Assembly (NCBI GenBank): GCA_965223295.1
Contig: CBDCWC010000002.1
Span: forward strand, 736,001 to 800,000
DNA: 64,000 nt
Direction of reading: 5' to 3'
From: Nitrospirales bacterium
Lineage (GTDB): Bacteria; Nitrospirota; Nitrospiria; Nitrospirales; UBA8639
Part shown: positions 1 to 13,008 of the stretch, piece by piece
How the letters are laid out: every line of letters starts with the position of its first letter
Numbering within the stretch: the stretch's first letter is position 1
Translations under genes and position numbers: made by a program
Notes under the pieces: generated by a model
Database searches by the model: none
Told to the model about the DNA's origin: nothing
The model's input: only the letters and a program-made list of their open reading frames with translations

Positions 1-54
1 GATCTCCCCAAAATCCACGCGACACTCGCTTTTTATTATTGGGACGCACTGTGC

Positions 55-2839
<2,785 letters not shown>

Positions 2840-2879
2840 GACTAGTAAAGGGATTCGTGTTACAGAAATTTACACGAAA

Positions 2880-3191
2880 CTAATCGAGTGAATTCATCTC
2901 TCGCTCACGACGCATAGCATCTCGTCCAGCTTCTAACGCCTCCCGCACGGCACACGAGACTTCGTCTACGAACTCTCGACCACGCCCGACAGCCTCTTCA
3001 ACAGTATCTGTGGCGCGGTCTTTGAAATCTCGCAGACCTTCAGTTTGACGTCGCGCATAGCCTGTGATACGTCCACGAGATTCGCGTCCGGCTTGGGGAG
3101 CAAACACGACCGCAGTCACCGCCCCTAACAATGCTCCACTTAAAAATGCTAATGCCACCGATCCTGCAGAAGCTCCAGAATTAGTCGCCAT
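2880..3191 (-). CDS. YtxH-domain protein
   Basis: N-terminal GALLGAVTAVVFAPQAGRESR followed by a helical tail; directly follows DUF948. Confidence 0.85.
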   Translation of the reverse strand: MATNSGASAGSVALAFLSGALLGAVTAVVFAPQAGRESRGRITGYARRQTEGLRDFKDRATDTVEEAVGRGREFVDEVSCAVREALEAGRDAMRREREMNSLD

Positions 3192-3597
3192 AAGAATGCC
3201 CTCCTTCTTTGCCTTTTGGTTCTTTATTCACTCGGTGCTTCACAGTTGACGTGACAGCTTTAATCCCTGCAAGAAGACTGGTTATGCCAACCATAAGGTT
3301 CCCGCCTTTCCCACGCACTGTTTGATGAACTTGGTTCACCGTTTGCCCCACATCACCCACAGCATCTAAGAACAAGGTCGCACGATCAACGCTGACCCGG
3401 GCTTGCTCGGTGATGATACGAATATTTTCATTCGTGCCTTTCACTTCTTTTAACATTCCTGGTAGCTCGTGATTCAGACGAATCAGGAGGCGTTCTGATT
3501 GGCCCACCGTTCGCTTGACCTGTAAGATGGTCGGAACCAGATACCCCACCAACACGACCACAGCCACTGCAATGATCATCACGGCCAAATCCATCAT
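3181..3597 (-). CDS. DUF948 (YoxC-like) membrane protein
   Basis: N-terminal TM helix plus coiled coil; typical partner of YtxH. Confidence 0.8.
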   Translation of the reverse strand: MMDLAVMIIAVAVVVLVGYLVPTILQVKRTVGQSERLLIRLNHELPGMLKEVKGTNENIRIITEQARVSVDRATLFLDAVGDVGQTVNQVHQTVRGKGGNLMVGITSLLAGIKAVTSTVKHRVNKEPKGKEGGHSYGD

Positions 3598-3612
3598 ACG
3601 TTCCTTATCCTT

Positions 3613-5085
3613 TCAGGACCGAATCACCGGCCGCTTACTGCGCCAGTTCGTCGCATGTTCATAAGCATAGGCCACGCGAAGAACAATATTTTCCTCAAAC
3701 GGGCGACCCATGAGTTGCAGGCCAATCGGCAGACCTATCGAGCTGAACCCACAAGGGACAGAAATAGCCGGCAACCCGGCTAAACTGGCTGGGATTGTAT
3801 ACATATCGGACAAGTACATTTGCAGGGGATCTTCTAATCGTTCTCCAAGAGGAAATGCGGGCGTGGGCATCACCGGGCTCACCAAAATATCCACGTCTTG
3901 AAAGGCCTCGTTAAAATCACGTTGAATCATCGTCCGCACCGCTTGGGCCTTTCCGTAATAGGCATCATAGTAACCCGCGCTGAGCGCGTAGGTTCCCAGC
4001 ATGATACGGCGTTTCACCTCAGGGCCAAACCCTTGTGAACGGGTGCTGTGATACATCTCTACCAATTCTTTAGATTCTTTGGCCCGAAACCCGTACTTGG
4101 CTCCGTCATACCGCGCAAGATTCGAACTCGCTTCAGCCGTGGCAATGAGATAATACGTGGCGATGGCTCGTTCCGTCGAAGGCAATGTGACTTCTTGAAT
4201 TTTGCCGCCGATGTCTTCTAGCACGCCAATGGCTTCTTGAATCTTTTCGTTGACCTCGGGATCCAGACCTTCCGCAAAATATTCCCGAGGCACTCCAATA
4301 ACCAGTTTTTTGATATCCTTTTTTTTGGTCGATTTGGTGAAGTCCGGCGCATCTCGTCTCGCTGAAGTCGAATCCAAATGATCATACCCAACAAGCGTAT
4401 TGAGCATGATGGCGGCATCGGTCACCGTTTTCGTAATGGGCCCAATTTGATCCAGGGAAGAGGCAAAGGCCACCAAACCATAGCGAGAAACCCGTCCATA
4501 CGTAGGCTTCAGTCCCACCACCCCGCAACATGCAGCCGGTTGACGGATAGACCCGCCGGTATCTGAGCCTAAGGCCGCCACGCATTCGTCTGCTGCCACC
4601 GCCGCTGCCGACCCTCCACTCGATCCTCCAGGAATATGTTTTTGATTCCATGGATTTCTCGAAGGACCAAAGGCCGAATGTTCGGTCGAGGACCCCATCG
4701 CAAATTCGTCTAAATTCGTTTTGCCAAGAATCAATGGTTGTTGAGAATGCAATTTAGACATGACCGTTGCATCATAGGGAGGAACAAAATGCTCCAGCAT
4801 CCGTGATCCGCAAGTCGTGCGCATCCCCTTGGTACAAATATTATCTTTAATTCCCAGTGGCATAGCCATGAGCGGTTCGGTTTTGCGCCACGCCTTTAAT
4901 CCATCATCAATGGCTTGTGCGTTGGCTAGCAATTCATCTCGAGGCGTGACAGAAATATAGGATTTGATTTTAGGTTCAACTTGACCGATTCGCAGTAAGT
5001 AGGCCCTGGCAATTTCGCCTGCCGAAATTTCACCACCGGTAAACTTATCCTGTAACTCTTTTAATGTGAGCTTAAATAACGCCAT
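3613..5085 (-). CDS. gatA: Asp/Glu-tRNA amidotransferase subunit A
   Basis: Amidase signature GGSSGGSAAAVA / GSDTGGSIRQPA; EVKRRIMLGTY. Confidence 0.98.
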   Translation of the reverse strand: MALFKLTLKELQDKFTGGEISAGEIARAYLLRIGQVEPKIKSYISVTPRDELLANAQAIDDGLKAWRKTEPLMAMPLGIKDNICTKGMRTTCGSRMLEHFVPPYDATVMSKLHSQQPLILGKTNLDEFAMGSSTEHSAFGPSRNPWNQKHIPGGSSGGSAAAVAADECVAALGSDTGGSIRQPAACCGVVGLKPTYGRVSRYGLVAFASSLDQIGPITKTVTDAAIMLNTLVGYDHLDSTSARRDAPDFTKSTKKKDIKKLVIGVPREYFAEGLDPEVNEKIQEAIGVLEDIGGKIQEVTLPSTERAIATYYLIATAEASSNLARYDGAKYGFRAKESKELVEMYHSTRSQGFGPEVKRRIMLGTYALSAGYYDAYYGKAQAVRTMIQRDFNEAFQDVDILVSPVMPTPAFPLGERLEDPLQMYLSDMYTIPASLAGLPAISVPCGFSSIGLPIGLQLMGRPFEENIVLRVAYAYEHATNWRSKRPVIRS

Positions 5086-5137
5086 GAGAACTGGAAACCT
5101 TTAGAGTTGAGCAAACGCAGGGGGCTGCAGAGATATG

Positions 5138-5500
5138 TCAATGAGATTTCGTCTCACGAATGGCATTTCGTTCATCAACCTGAATGACTTTGGGAACATG
5201 CCGTTTGGCCTCATCGTCTTTAAAAAATTCATAGCAAAAAATAATAATCATATCGCCCGTCACGCCTTTTCGAGCGGTTGGACCGTTAAGAATGATCTCT
5301 CCTTTGCCGCGGGTCCCAGGAAGCGCATAGGTGGAAAAGCGTTCGCCGTTATTCAGATTTGAAACCATCACCAGCTCATAGGGTAAAATACCCGCATGAT
5401 CCATCAGCTCCTCATCAATGGTCATGCTGCCTTCATATTCCAGATTCGATTCTGTCACGGTGGCCCGATGAATTTTACAACGAAGTAATTGCCTATACAT
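5138..5500 (-). CDS. panD: Aspartate 1-decarboxylase
   Basis: KIHRATVT, YEG|SMTID self-cleavage site, NGERFSTY. Confidence 0.95.
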   Translation of the reverse strand: MYRQLLRCKIHRATVTESNLEYEGSMTIDEELMDHAGILPYELVMVSNLNNGERFSTYALPGTRGKGEIILNGPTARKGVTGDMIIIFCYEFFKDDEAKRHVPKVIQVDERNAIRETKSH

Positions 5501-5557
5501 AACCAGATCCTATCTATTCTTTATGGTCCTTGGAAACAACCAAGCACCCATATTCAC

Positions 5558-5854
5558 CTATTTCCCGATAATTTTAGGCACCACGAAAAATCCATTATAG
5601 GCCTCGGGAGCATTGCTCAAGACCTGGTCCTGCGACAACCCTTCTCGTGGAACGTCCTCTCGCAAAACCAGCTCTTGATCTGCAACCGAAGCGGTTGGAG
5701 GAATTCCCTCGGTCGAGACCCCTTGCAATTGCTCTACAAAGGTCAGGATCTGACTAAGCTGTTCACCAAATAGCGTTTTTTCAGGTTCCGTTAGATCTAG
5801 CTTGGCTAACTGTGCCACATGCTCAACTTCTTTTTGAGAAATATCTGCCATCAC
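5558..5854 (-). CDS. gatC: Asp/Glu-tRNA amidotransferase subunit C
   Basis: EVEHVAQLAKL, LRED, NAP, FFVVPKI. Confidence 0.95.
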   Translation of the reverse strand: MMADISQKEVEHVAQLAKLDLTEPEKTLFGEQLSQILTFVEQLQGVSTEGIPPTASVADQELVLREDVPREGLSQDQVLSNAPEAYNGFFVVPKIIGK

Positions 5855-5975
5855 AATTCCTGTATATTTTTTGCCGACGGATGTCGATTAGAGGGAATGA
5901 TATGTATTTTTACCATGAAATTCTCAATGAAAGCTACATTGTAGAGTATTGGGTAGAAAAGAGAACACCTGAGTT

Positions 5976-6710
5976 TCATTGTCCTAGCTGTGATCTTGCT
6001 GATGACGATCCAGGTGCTAACAAACCCTCATCTGCAAAACACACGTATTTCCCATCCCCAATGACGATATGGTCCAATACGCGAATACCTAAAATTTCGC
6101 CAGCCGTCATCAACCGATGAGTCAGGACATGGTCTTCTTGGCTTGGTTGCGGGTCACCGCTGGGATGATTATGGACAAAAATAATCGCTGCTGCTGATTC
6201 TCGTACGGCACGGTTAAAGACCTCACGCGGATGGACAATGCTGACCGTCAAACTGCCTTGAGACACGGTAAAATCTCCAATGAGCTTATGCTTCGCATCT
6301 AGTAGAACAGCTTTAAACACCTCATGCCGCAAATCACGCAATAAGGGATAATAATGTTGAAAAATATGCTGGCTTCCTTGAATCCGTTTTCCGTTCGTCA
6401 ACGGCATGGCTAAAGCCCGTTTGCCCAATTCGACCGCAGCAAGAATTTGCGCCGCTTTCGCAGGCCCAATGCCCGGAATGGCACAAAGTTCTTCCAAACT
6501 CCGATTGGCCAAACCTCGCAAGCCATCTAATTGAGTTAAGAGATCCATCGCCACCTCGACCGCAGAAGAATCAGGACGCCCAATGCGAAGGAGAATCGCT
6601 AAAAGTTGCGCATCAGATAAGCTTTGTGGACCTTGAGACAGGAGAAGTTCACGCGGGCGTTCTTGTTCCGGCCAGGATTGAATGCCTTTTTTTGTCTGCT
6701 CGGCTTTCAT
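5976..6710 (-). CDS. radC: RadC family JAB-domain protein
   Basis: ERPRE, HhH GIGPAKA, VHPREVF, HNHPSGDPQPSQED. Confidence 0.95.
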   Translation of the reverse strand: MKAEQTKKGIQSWPEQERPRELLLSQGPQSLSDAQLLAILLRIGRPDSSAVEVAMDLLTQLDGLRGLANRSLEELCAIPGIGPAKAAQILAAVELGKRALAMPLTNGKRIQGSQHIFQHYYPLLRDLRHEVFKAVLLDAKHKLIGDFTVSQGSLTVSIVHPREVFNRAVRESAAAIIFVHNHPSGDPQPSQEDHVLTHRLMTAGEILGIRVLDHIVIGDGKYVCFADEGLLAPGSSSARSQLGQ

Positions 6711-6853
6711 GGTAGGTTCTCTGAACGAAGTCTATCAATATAATTACTTTCACTATACGCAGCATATTTTCAGTCCGTCAAAATACCGCTGTCAGGCACG
6801 TAAATTCGCCCAATTGTTGAGGTTTTGCTGGTTATGCTATCGTCTTCATCATC

Positions 6854-7456
6854 ATGGAACTCTCATCGATCCGAATCATTACTGGACAATTGAAAGGACG
6901 AAAAGTCCCCACCATACAAGGACACAATATCCGGCCAACCTCCCTGCGGGCGCGGGAAGCCTTATTTTCCATCTTGGGGTCAAAGATCTCAGGCGCATGT
7001 GTCGCCGATCTCTGTGCCGGAAGTGGAGCGATTGGACTAGAGGCGTTAAGCCGCGGAGCGACCAGAGTCGTCTTTGTCGAACAGAATCCCATGGCTGGGG
7101 AACTTCTGCTCAATACGGTGAAACAATTTCGGATGGAGACACAGAGCCGGGTCCTGATTCAGGATGTCGTACTCGCCATCCAAAACCCCATTTTGGTAGG
7201 ATGGCAACCGTTTGATGTATTGTACATTGACCCTCCGTATCGATTTGAACACAGTCACCACCTTCTCACACAGATTGAACACGCCAAGTTAGTCGCCCAA
7301 TCCGGCCAAATTATTTATGAACATTTTTCTAAAGCAAGCCCCCCATTAGCCATTGGCCAATGGGTTCTAACCAGAACAGCAAAGTATGGCGATACCGCCC
7401 TGACCTTCTATCAACTAGATTCTCAAACTAGTCCGATAGCACCAACTCAGGCATAA
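6854..7456 (+). CDS. rsmD: 16S rRNA m2G966 methyltransferase
   Basis: IRIITGQLKGR, RPT, DLCAGSGAIGLEALSRGA, DPPY; adjacent to coaD. Confidence 0.93.
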   Translation: MELSSIRIITGQLKGRKVPTIQGHNIRPTSLRAREALFSILGSKISGACVADLCAGSGAIGLEALSRGATRVVFVEQNPMAGELLLNTVKQFRMETQSRVLIQDVVLAIQNPILVGWQPFDVLYIDPPYRFEHSHHLLTQIEHAKLVAQSGQIIYEHFSKASPPLAIGQWVLTRTAKYGDTALTFYQLDSQTSPIAPTQA

Positions 7457-7459
7457 CAT

Positions 7460-7948
7460 ATGACCATTGGCATTTATCCCGGTACCTTTGACCCGATCAC
7501 CCGAGGCCATGCTGACGTGATTGCCCGTAGTCTTCATGTCGTCCAAGAAGTCGTCGTCGCTGTGGCCCCCAATCCTCGTAAAGCCCCATTGTTTAATTTG
7601 AAGGAACGCGTTGAACTGGCTAAAATTGTGACCAGAGATCTCACTGGAGTCGTGGTGGAGCCCTTTGATGGCTTACTCGTGGATTACGTCCGTCGTCGAG
7701 GGGCCCAGGCCATCATCCGTGGACTGCGTGCCGTGTCTGACTTTGAACATGAATTCCAGATGGCCTTAGTTAATCGAAAATTGGACCAGAATTTAGAAAC
7801 CATGTTTTTGATGGCCAGTGAAGAATATTCGTATTTAACGTCTAGTATGGTCAAAGAAGTGGCCTCCGTCGGCGGCCCCCTTCATGACTTTTTACACCCT
7901 GAGGTTGCCGAACGCTTGAAAGCTCAATTGCGATTGACTCAATCATGA
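7460..7948 (+). CDS. coaD: Pantetheine-phosphate adenylyltransferase
   Basis: YPGTFDPITRGH, RGLRAVSDFEHE. Confidence 0.97.
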   Translation: MTIGIYPGTFDPITRGHADVIARSLHVVQEVVVAVAPNPRKAPLFNLKERVELAKIVTRDLTGVVVEPFDGLLVDYVRRRGAQAIIRGLRAVSDFEHEFQMALVNRKLDQNLETMFLMASEEYSYLTSSMVKEVASVGGPLHDFLHPEVAERLKAQLRLTQS

Positions 7949-9138
7949 AACTTGCCACTCGTACAACACGGATCACGCCTTCGCCAACATTACAACTCTC
8001 CGCCACAGTGAAATCCTTAGTGGCTCAAGGGCAACGAGTCTTTGATTTTACCGCAGGCGAACCTTCTTTTGACTCTCCTGATATGGCTAAAAACGCAGCC
8101 ATTACTGCCATACAAGAGGGATTTACCAAATACACCGCGGTGACAGGCATTGATGAACTGAAGGATGCCATCATTGAAAAATTTCGACGCGATCAAGGCC
8201 TCACCTATTCCCGGTCACAGATTGTGGTGTCCTGTGGAGCCAAACATACGCTGTTCAATTTAGCCCTCACTCTGTTTGAAGCTGGAGATGAGGTGATTAT
8301 TCCCGCGCCCTACTGGGTCTCCTATCCAGAACAAATTCTTGTGGCAGATGCCACGCCAGTATTTTTGCCAACATCCGAATCAGAACATTTCGCCATTGAT
8401 CTGGACACCTTACAAAGTCTCATCACGCCACGAACAAAGGCGATTATTCTCAATTCACCTTGCAATCCCACTGGCAGTATGTACAACCGAGAAACGCTTG
8501 AAGGGATTGCCGCCCTCGCGCTTCAGCACAATTTGCTGGTGATTTCTGATGAAATTTATGAACAGATGGTCTATGACCACCATCAACATTACTCCATTGC
8601 CACCATCCACCCTGACATGATCGACCACACGATCATTGTGAATGGTGTTTCAAAAACCTACTCGATGACGGGTTGGCGAATTGGCTATGCGGCCGGGCCT
8701 GAATCAATACTGAAACCAATGGGAACTATCCAAAGCCAAAGTACCTCTAATCCCAGCTCAATTTCTCAGAAAGCTGCAGTCGGTGCTCTCTTAGGAGGAG
8801 ACTCCTTTATCACCCATATGGTCAAGGAATTCGATGCACGGCGAAAAGCCATCGTGACAGGATTCAACCGAATTGCCGGCATCCACTGCCCCATGCCTGC
8901 AGGAGCCTTTTATGCTTTTCCCAATGTGTCTGGGTTGTTAGGTCGACGCTTCGAGGGAAAGACCCTATCGACCCCTTTTGATCTGGCCACATTTTTTCTG
9001 GATGAAGCCAAGGTGGCTTGTGTGCCGGGAGAACCATTTGGCACAACGGCTCATCTCCGGTTTTCTTATACCGGGACATTGCCGGCCATCGAGGAAGGCC
9101 TACACCATCTGGCGCAGGCCATTTCAAAACTTGAATAG
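7945..9138 (+). CDS. Class I PLP-dependent (aspartate) aminotransferase
   Basis: SKTYSMTGWRIG, NSPCNPTG, SDEIY. Confidence 0.92.
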   Translation: MKLATRTTRITPSPTLQLSATVKSLVAQGQRVFDFTAGEPSFDSPDMAKNAAITAIQEGFTKYTAVTGIDELKDAIIEKFRRDQGLTYSRSQIVVSCGAKHTLFNLALTLFEAGDEVIIPAPYWVSYPEQILVADATPVFLPTSESEHFAIDLDTLQSLITPRTKAIILNSPCNPTGSMYNRETLEGIAALALQHNLLVISDEIYEQMVYDHHQHYSIATIHPDMIDHTIIVNGVSKTYSMTGWRIGYAAGPESILKPMGTIQSQSTSNPSSISQKAAVGALLGGDSFITHMVKEFDARRKAIVTGFNRIAGIHCPMPAGAFYAFPNVSGLLGRRFEGKTLSTPFDLATFFLDEAKVACVPGEPFGTTAHLRFSYTGTLPAIEEGLHHLAQAISKLE

Positions 9139-9277
9139 TGGTTATTCTCTGTATATGAGATTAGAATATTACCTAAAAATGATCCCTATTTCCCTTGACC
9201 TTGAGAAAAGATATCTTATCTAGACTATGTATTTTCGCCTTATAATATTGACCCCAGTTTGATGGAGGAAGTTTCCG

Positions 9278-9718
9278 GTGCCGATTTACGAATATGAATG
9301 TACCAGTTGCCAAAAGCGATTTGAGCTTCAACAAAAAATGACTGACCCCTCAATTCAAACCTGTGATCAATTGGGATGCGCAGAAGCCAAACCCGTCAAT
9401 AAAGTGATTTCCGCTCCTGCCATTATGTTCAAGGGAACTGGCTGGTATGTGACGGATTATTCCGATAAGCTCAAGGACCCCCAATCAAAATCTGAGAATA
9501 AAGGCGAAAAAACAGAAGTCGGCAATTCGACCACTTCCTCTGAAACTAAAGGAACGGCCGAGAGCAAACCCAGTAGTGAGGGTTCAGCAAGTAAAGAAAG
9601 TGGCAGTACTTCTCAGTCTTCAACAAATTCCTCGGGTACGTCGAGTTCCTCAAGCTCTTCCTCATCGGAATCAAGCACAACTTCTTCTACGCCGTCCAGT
9701 TCAAAATCCGACAAGTGA
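9278..9718 (+). CDS. FmdB-family zinc-ribbon protein with Ser-rich tail
   Basis: MPIYEYECTSC, C..C, FKGTGWYVTDY. Confidence 0.9.
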   Translation: MPIYEYECTSCQKRFELQQKMTDPSIQTCDQLGCAEAKPVNKVISAPAIMFKGTGWYVTDYSDKLKDPQSKSENKGEKTEVGNSTTSSETKGTAESKPSSEGSASKESGSTSQSSTNSSGTSSSSSSSSSESSTTSSTPSSSKSDK

Positions 9719-9728
9719 CTCCCAAGAT

Positions 9729-10406
9729 CTAAGCAAGTAGTCCCTTAATCACCTGGACCCAAAGCAATTCTGCTAATCGCTTATAGCCTGCCGTATTCAG
9801 GTGTAACCCATCATTGGAATAGCAGGCGGCAAGAGCCTGTGTCTTGGGTTCGCAAGTTTCTGTAAACCAATCCACTATTGAAATATGTCGCTCTTGACAA
9901 CAGTCTTTAATCAATTGATTCAGAATGACGCGGGCTGCAATAGCTTCTCCAATAACAGGTGGAAGCTCCTCTAATGCGCAATCATCATCTCCAGAAACAT
10001 TCTGCCAAGAGTCGTCTCGCAAAGAAGGCACAGTGATAGCGATGGGCAAAATTTGATGAGTTTGGGCTTGTTCATAAAAAAATCGCAGGTTGTCCAAGAT
10101 TTCATGTGGGGTCATGCCCAAACCTAAGTCATTGGTACCTCCAAGGATAATGACGGCTGTGGGTTTTTGATCTAGTACATCTATCTGAAAACGAGCCCGC
10201 ATGTCCTGTGTGGTCTCTCCACACACGCCCCGAACACATATCCGTCCTCGATCCTCTAACCATTCCTCCAGATACTTGCCATAAGGAATATTTGCGACAA
10301 TTGGAGATTGAAACGTTGGAGATTCCCATCCCAACGTCAAACTATCTCCAAAACACACGATATTGAAGGGAACCCATTGTTCTTTCATAATGTCATAGCT
10401 TGGCAA
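9729..10406 (-). CDS. SGNH/GDSL hydrolase
   Basis: FGDSLT, GVCGETT, GGTND and DGLH blocks. Confidence 0.9.
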   Translation of the reverse strand: MPSYDIMKEQWVPFNIVCFGDSLTLGWESPTFQSPIVANIPYGKYLEEWLEDRGRICVRGVCGETTQDMRARFQIDVLDQKPTAVIILGGTNDLGLGMTPHEILDNLRFFYEQAQTHQILPIAITVPSLRDDSWQNVSGDDDCALEELPPVIGEAIAARVILNQLIKDCCQERHISIVDWFTETCEPKTQALAACYSNDGLHLNTAGYKRLAELLWVQVIKGLLA

Positions 10407-10470
10407 GTCTACGGATCAAGCAAGAAGATTCTATCAAATAACCCCCTTCTATGTGGATGCTATCCCTGGC

Positions 10471-10499
10471 TTGACAGGCTACGATCACCTGGTTACGCT
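10471..10499 (+). promoter_or_regulatory. Sigma70-type promoter of skp
   Basis: TTGACA-17bp-TACGCT upstream of ATG 10581. Confidence 0.55.
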
Positions 10500-10580
10500 C
10501 AAGAAGCTAACAAGGTAGTTTCCATTCAAGCGGTCCACTGGACCTATAAAATCTCATCCTTAAATTGTAGAGGGACCTGT

Positions 10581-11159
10581 ATGATGACGATGAAGTTCTG
10601 GAATGTTCACCGATTACATCAACTCGCGATCGTGGCCTTCGTCGCCTGTTGTTCAGTAGTATTCATAAGCCAATCGGCACTCGCGGCATCAAAAGGCTCC
10701 TTCCGAGTTGGCGTGATTGACCCTCAAGCGGTCATTGAAAAATCAAAGGCTGGCAGCCGAGCGCTCGCAGGCCTCAAAGAACATGCCAAAGCCCGCGAAA
10801 CGGTCATGAAAAATGACCAAAAGGAATTAGAAAAACTCCAACAAGAACTTAGTTCAGCTTCCTCATCTCTTGGTGATGCAGAAAAAAAGAGCCGGCAAGA
10901 ACGTTTTGCGCAAAAGTATCAAGAATGGCAAAAACGCGGGCAAGAATTTCAGGCAGAACTTGGACAAAAACAAAAAGACCTTGTCCAGGAATACATGAAG
11001 AAAATTGAAACGGCCACTAGCATTGTTGCGAAACGCCACGGTTTCGATGTCGTGGTCGACAAAGGAAGCGAAAGCACACTGAAAATCGTCCTCTATAATC
11101 GAGATGGCTTAGATCTGACCAATGAAGTCATCAAAGAATTCAATAAACGCTTCAAATAA
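10581..11159 (+). CDS. skp: OmpH/Skp periplasmic chaperone
   Basis: Signal peptide, RVGVID, long coiled coil, GFDVVVDK, DLTNEVIK. Confidence 0.88.
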   Translation: MMTMKFWNVHRLHQLAIVAFVACCSVVFISQSALAASKGSFRVGVIDPQAVIEKSKAGSRALAGLKEHAKARETVMKNDQKELEKLQQELSSASSSLGDAEKKSRQERFAQKYQEWQKRGQEFQAELGQKQKDLVQEYMKKIETATSIVAKRHGFDVVVDKGSESTLKIVLYNRDGLDLTNEVIKEFNKRFK

Positions 11160-11179
11160 CCTAGACAATCTCATAACAA

Positions 11180-11218
11180 AAAAAATCCTCTGCGAGTGTT
11201 ACTCACAGAGGATTTTTT
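11180..11218. terminator. Probable bidirectional intrinsic terminator
   Basis: AAAAAATCCTCTGCGAG-loop-CTCACAGAGGATTTTTT hairpin after the skp stop. Confidence 0.8.
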
Positions 11219-11417
11219 ATTTGGCAATTCCGAAAAAGGTTGTCAGCAAATATTTTGGGAGAGTAAAAGAAACAAAAATGGACCGCCCGAAAGAAGAAAG
11301 TTGGAATAAATCGGTTAGTTTTCTCGAAGAATGAAAAGGATTCTTTGGAGAACATCTTTAGAACCTCGCCTATCTCTATAGACACCCTATAGAACAAGGC
11401 TACACACTAGATAAAGC

Positions 11418-11464
11418 TTGTCGAGTTGCCTTGTTCATACTATAATAATCTAGACAATCTAGAT
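11418..11464 (+). promoter_or_regulatory. TA operon promoter with palindromic operator
   Basis: TTGTCG-17bp-TATAAT followed by the inverted repeat ATCTAGA-CAA-TCTAGAT (11448-11464). Confidence 0.65.
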
Positions 11465-11482
11465 ATATATATGGAGGTAGGC

Positions 11483-11725
11483 ATGGAATGGAAACTTGCT
11501 GAAGCTAAAAACCGATTTAGTGAACTGGTGAATAAGGCGCTTTTAGAAGGCCCTCAACTGGTATCCCGCCGTGAGGACAGAGTGGTTGTGATCTCTGAAA
11601 ATGACTACCAGCATCTGACGGGCGAAAAGCCCAACTTTATTGAATTCTTGCTGAAAGAAAACATAGACCTAGAAGGGGTGGACTTCAAGCGAGATCGATC
11701 CCTATCCAGGACGACTGAGCTATGA
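11483..11725 (+). CDS. Phd/YefM family antitoxin
   Basis: MEWKLAEAKNRFSELV...GPQLVSRR; GGAGG RBS; 4-nt overlap with the toxin. Confidence 0.9.
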   Translation: MEWKLAEAKNRFSELVNKALLEGPQLVSRREDRVVVISENDYQHLTGEKPNFIEFLLKENIDLEGVDFKRDRSLSRTTEL

Positions 11726-12138
11726 GGGTCTTGCTTGATACATGCGTGGTCTCAGAACTATGGCGCACAGGCAGCTCTGAAAAGGTTCGCAAGCGTGTTT
11801 CGATGTTGAATCCCGAGGACAGCTATTTATCTGTCCTGACGGTTGGTGAGATTACCAAAGGTATTCACCTTCTCAATGAAAGTAAAAAAAAGCGCGAACT
11901 ACGAAATAAACTGACTTTCCTAGAAACTGAATACCAGCAGAATATTCTGAATATCGATATTGAAATCATTAAACTATGGGGGGGACTCCTGGTCGCCTCA
12001 CAAAAGAAAGGAAAACCGCTGCCCGTGAGTGATGGCCTCATCGCTGCAACAGCCACCCGCCATGGCCTCCATATCATGACGCGCAATATTTCTGATTTTG
12101 AAGGAACGGGCGCGCTGCTAATTAATCCGTGGGAATAA
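11722..12138 (+). CDS. vapC: VapC PIN-domain toxin
   Basis: LLDTCVVSE, DGLIAATA, TRNISDF, NPW. Confidence 0.92.
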   Translation: MRVLLDTCVVSELWRTGSSEKVRKRVSMLNPEDSYLSVLTVGEITKGIHLLNESKKKRELRNKLTFLETEYQQNILNIDIEIIKLWGGLLVASQKKGKPLPVSDGLIAATATRHGLHIMTRNISDFEGTGALLINPWE

Positions 12139-12337
12139 CCCTCATCCTAGTTATATTACATCTCTGTTTATTGAATAGAAATGATTGCTCCCCGCTTAAA
12201 ATTTGAGTAGATCTTTCAAGCCGCTCAAACGTTGTTATCCGACAGCTTTTTATGAAGAATATGGAGGATGGTTAGCATGAAATGGCCTTCCACGAAGGTA
12301 GGAATTTATTCCTTTATTTTTGAACAGTGACAGAACT

Positions 12338-12414
12338 TGGCGCGCCCGGCAGGATTCGAACCTGCGGCCACCGGCTTAGAAGGCCGATGCTCTATCCAGC
12401 TGAGCTACGGGCGC
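12338..12414 (-). tRNA. tRNA-Arg(TCT)
   Basis: GCGCCCGTAGCTCAGCTGGATAGAGC...CTTCTAA...GGTTCGAATCC...GCCA cloverleaf with encoded CCA. Confidence 0.97.
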
Positions 12415-12509
12415 TTGCTACGAAAATCGCACAGTGAGGATACTTCCGTCAAACGACCATAGACGGTTGTGTGCTCAAAACAACCCTCTCATTGCCCGTC
12501 CAATCCTGC

Positions 12510-12836
12510 CTATTTTACAACTCTGAGTCCTGTTGGCTTTTTGGGTGGAATAGTATCTCCATTCCCCGATGAAGGGCCTTGGATTTGAATACGAAAACCT
12601 GCAGGGGATGTTTCTGCCGACAGATCGGTAACCGGCTGCTGACTAAAGGTCAGGGCAAGGCAAAACTCAAGTATCGTGAGCTCTTTTACTGTAAGAGAAG
12701 TAGGGTCAGATCCATAGGCCCACGCCAAGTTTTTACAAAGATCTTCATCCAATTCGATGACGCTTGTTTCACTGCCCATAACCGTTCCCGAGAAGATAAA
12801 CAAGCCCAATGCTGTAATAACGAATACGATTTTCAT
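12510..12836 (-). CDS. Small exported hypothetical protein
   Basis: GGAGG RBS, signal peptide MKIVFVITALGLFIFSG, C-terminal DTIPPKKPTGLRVVK. Confidence 0.6.
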   Translation of the reverse strand: MKIVFVITALGLFIFSGTVMGSETSVIELDEDLCKNLAWAYGSDPTSLTVKELTILEFCLALTFSQQPVTDLSAETSPAGFRIQIQGPSSGNGDTIPPKKPTGLRVVK

Positions 12837-13008
12837 AATTGACCTCCGCATTGAAATTGCAATGGTATAAAAAGGTCATTACTCTTCAATACCCAAGCAT
12901 ACCAAAATTGTATAATAAAAGGAACAATGCGCGACATAGAAGTCTACAGATTCTGTTTAGACACCTCACACTTCATCTGATTCCTCTATTCCTACCATTG
13001 CATGATCT

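Noticed and set aside
9480-9718. Ser-rich low-complexity repeat
   Set aside because: Ordinary disordered tail of FmdB-family proteins
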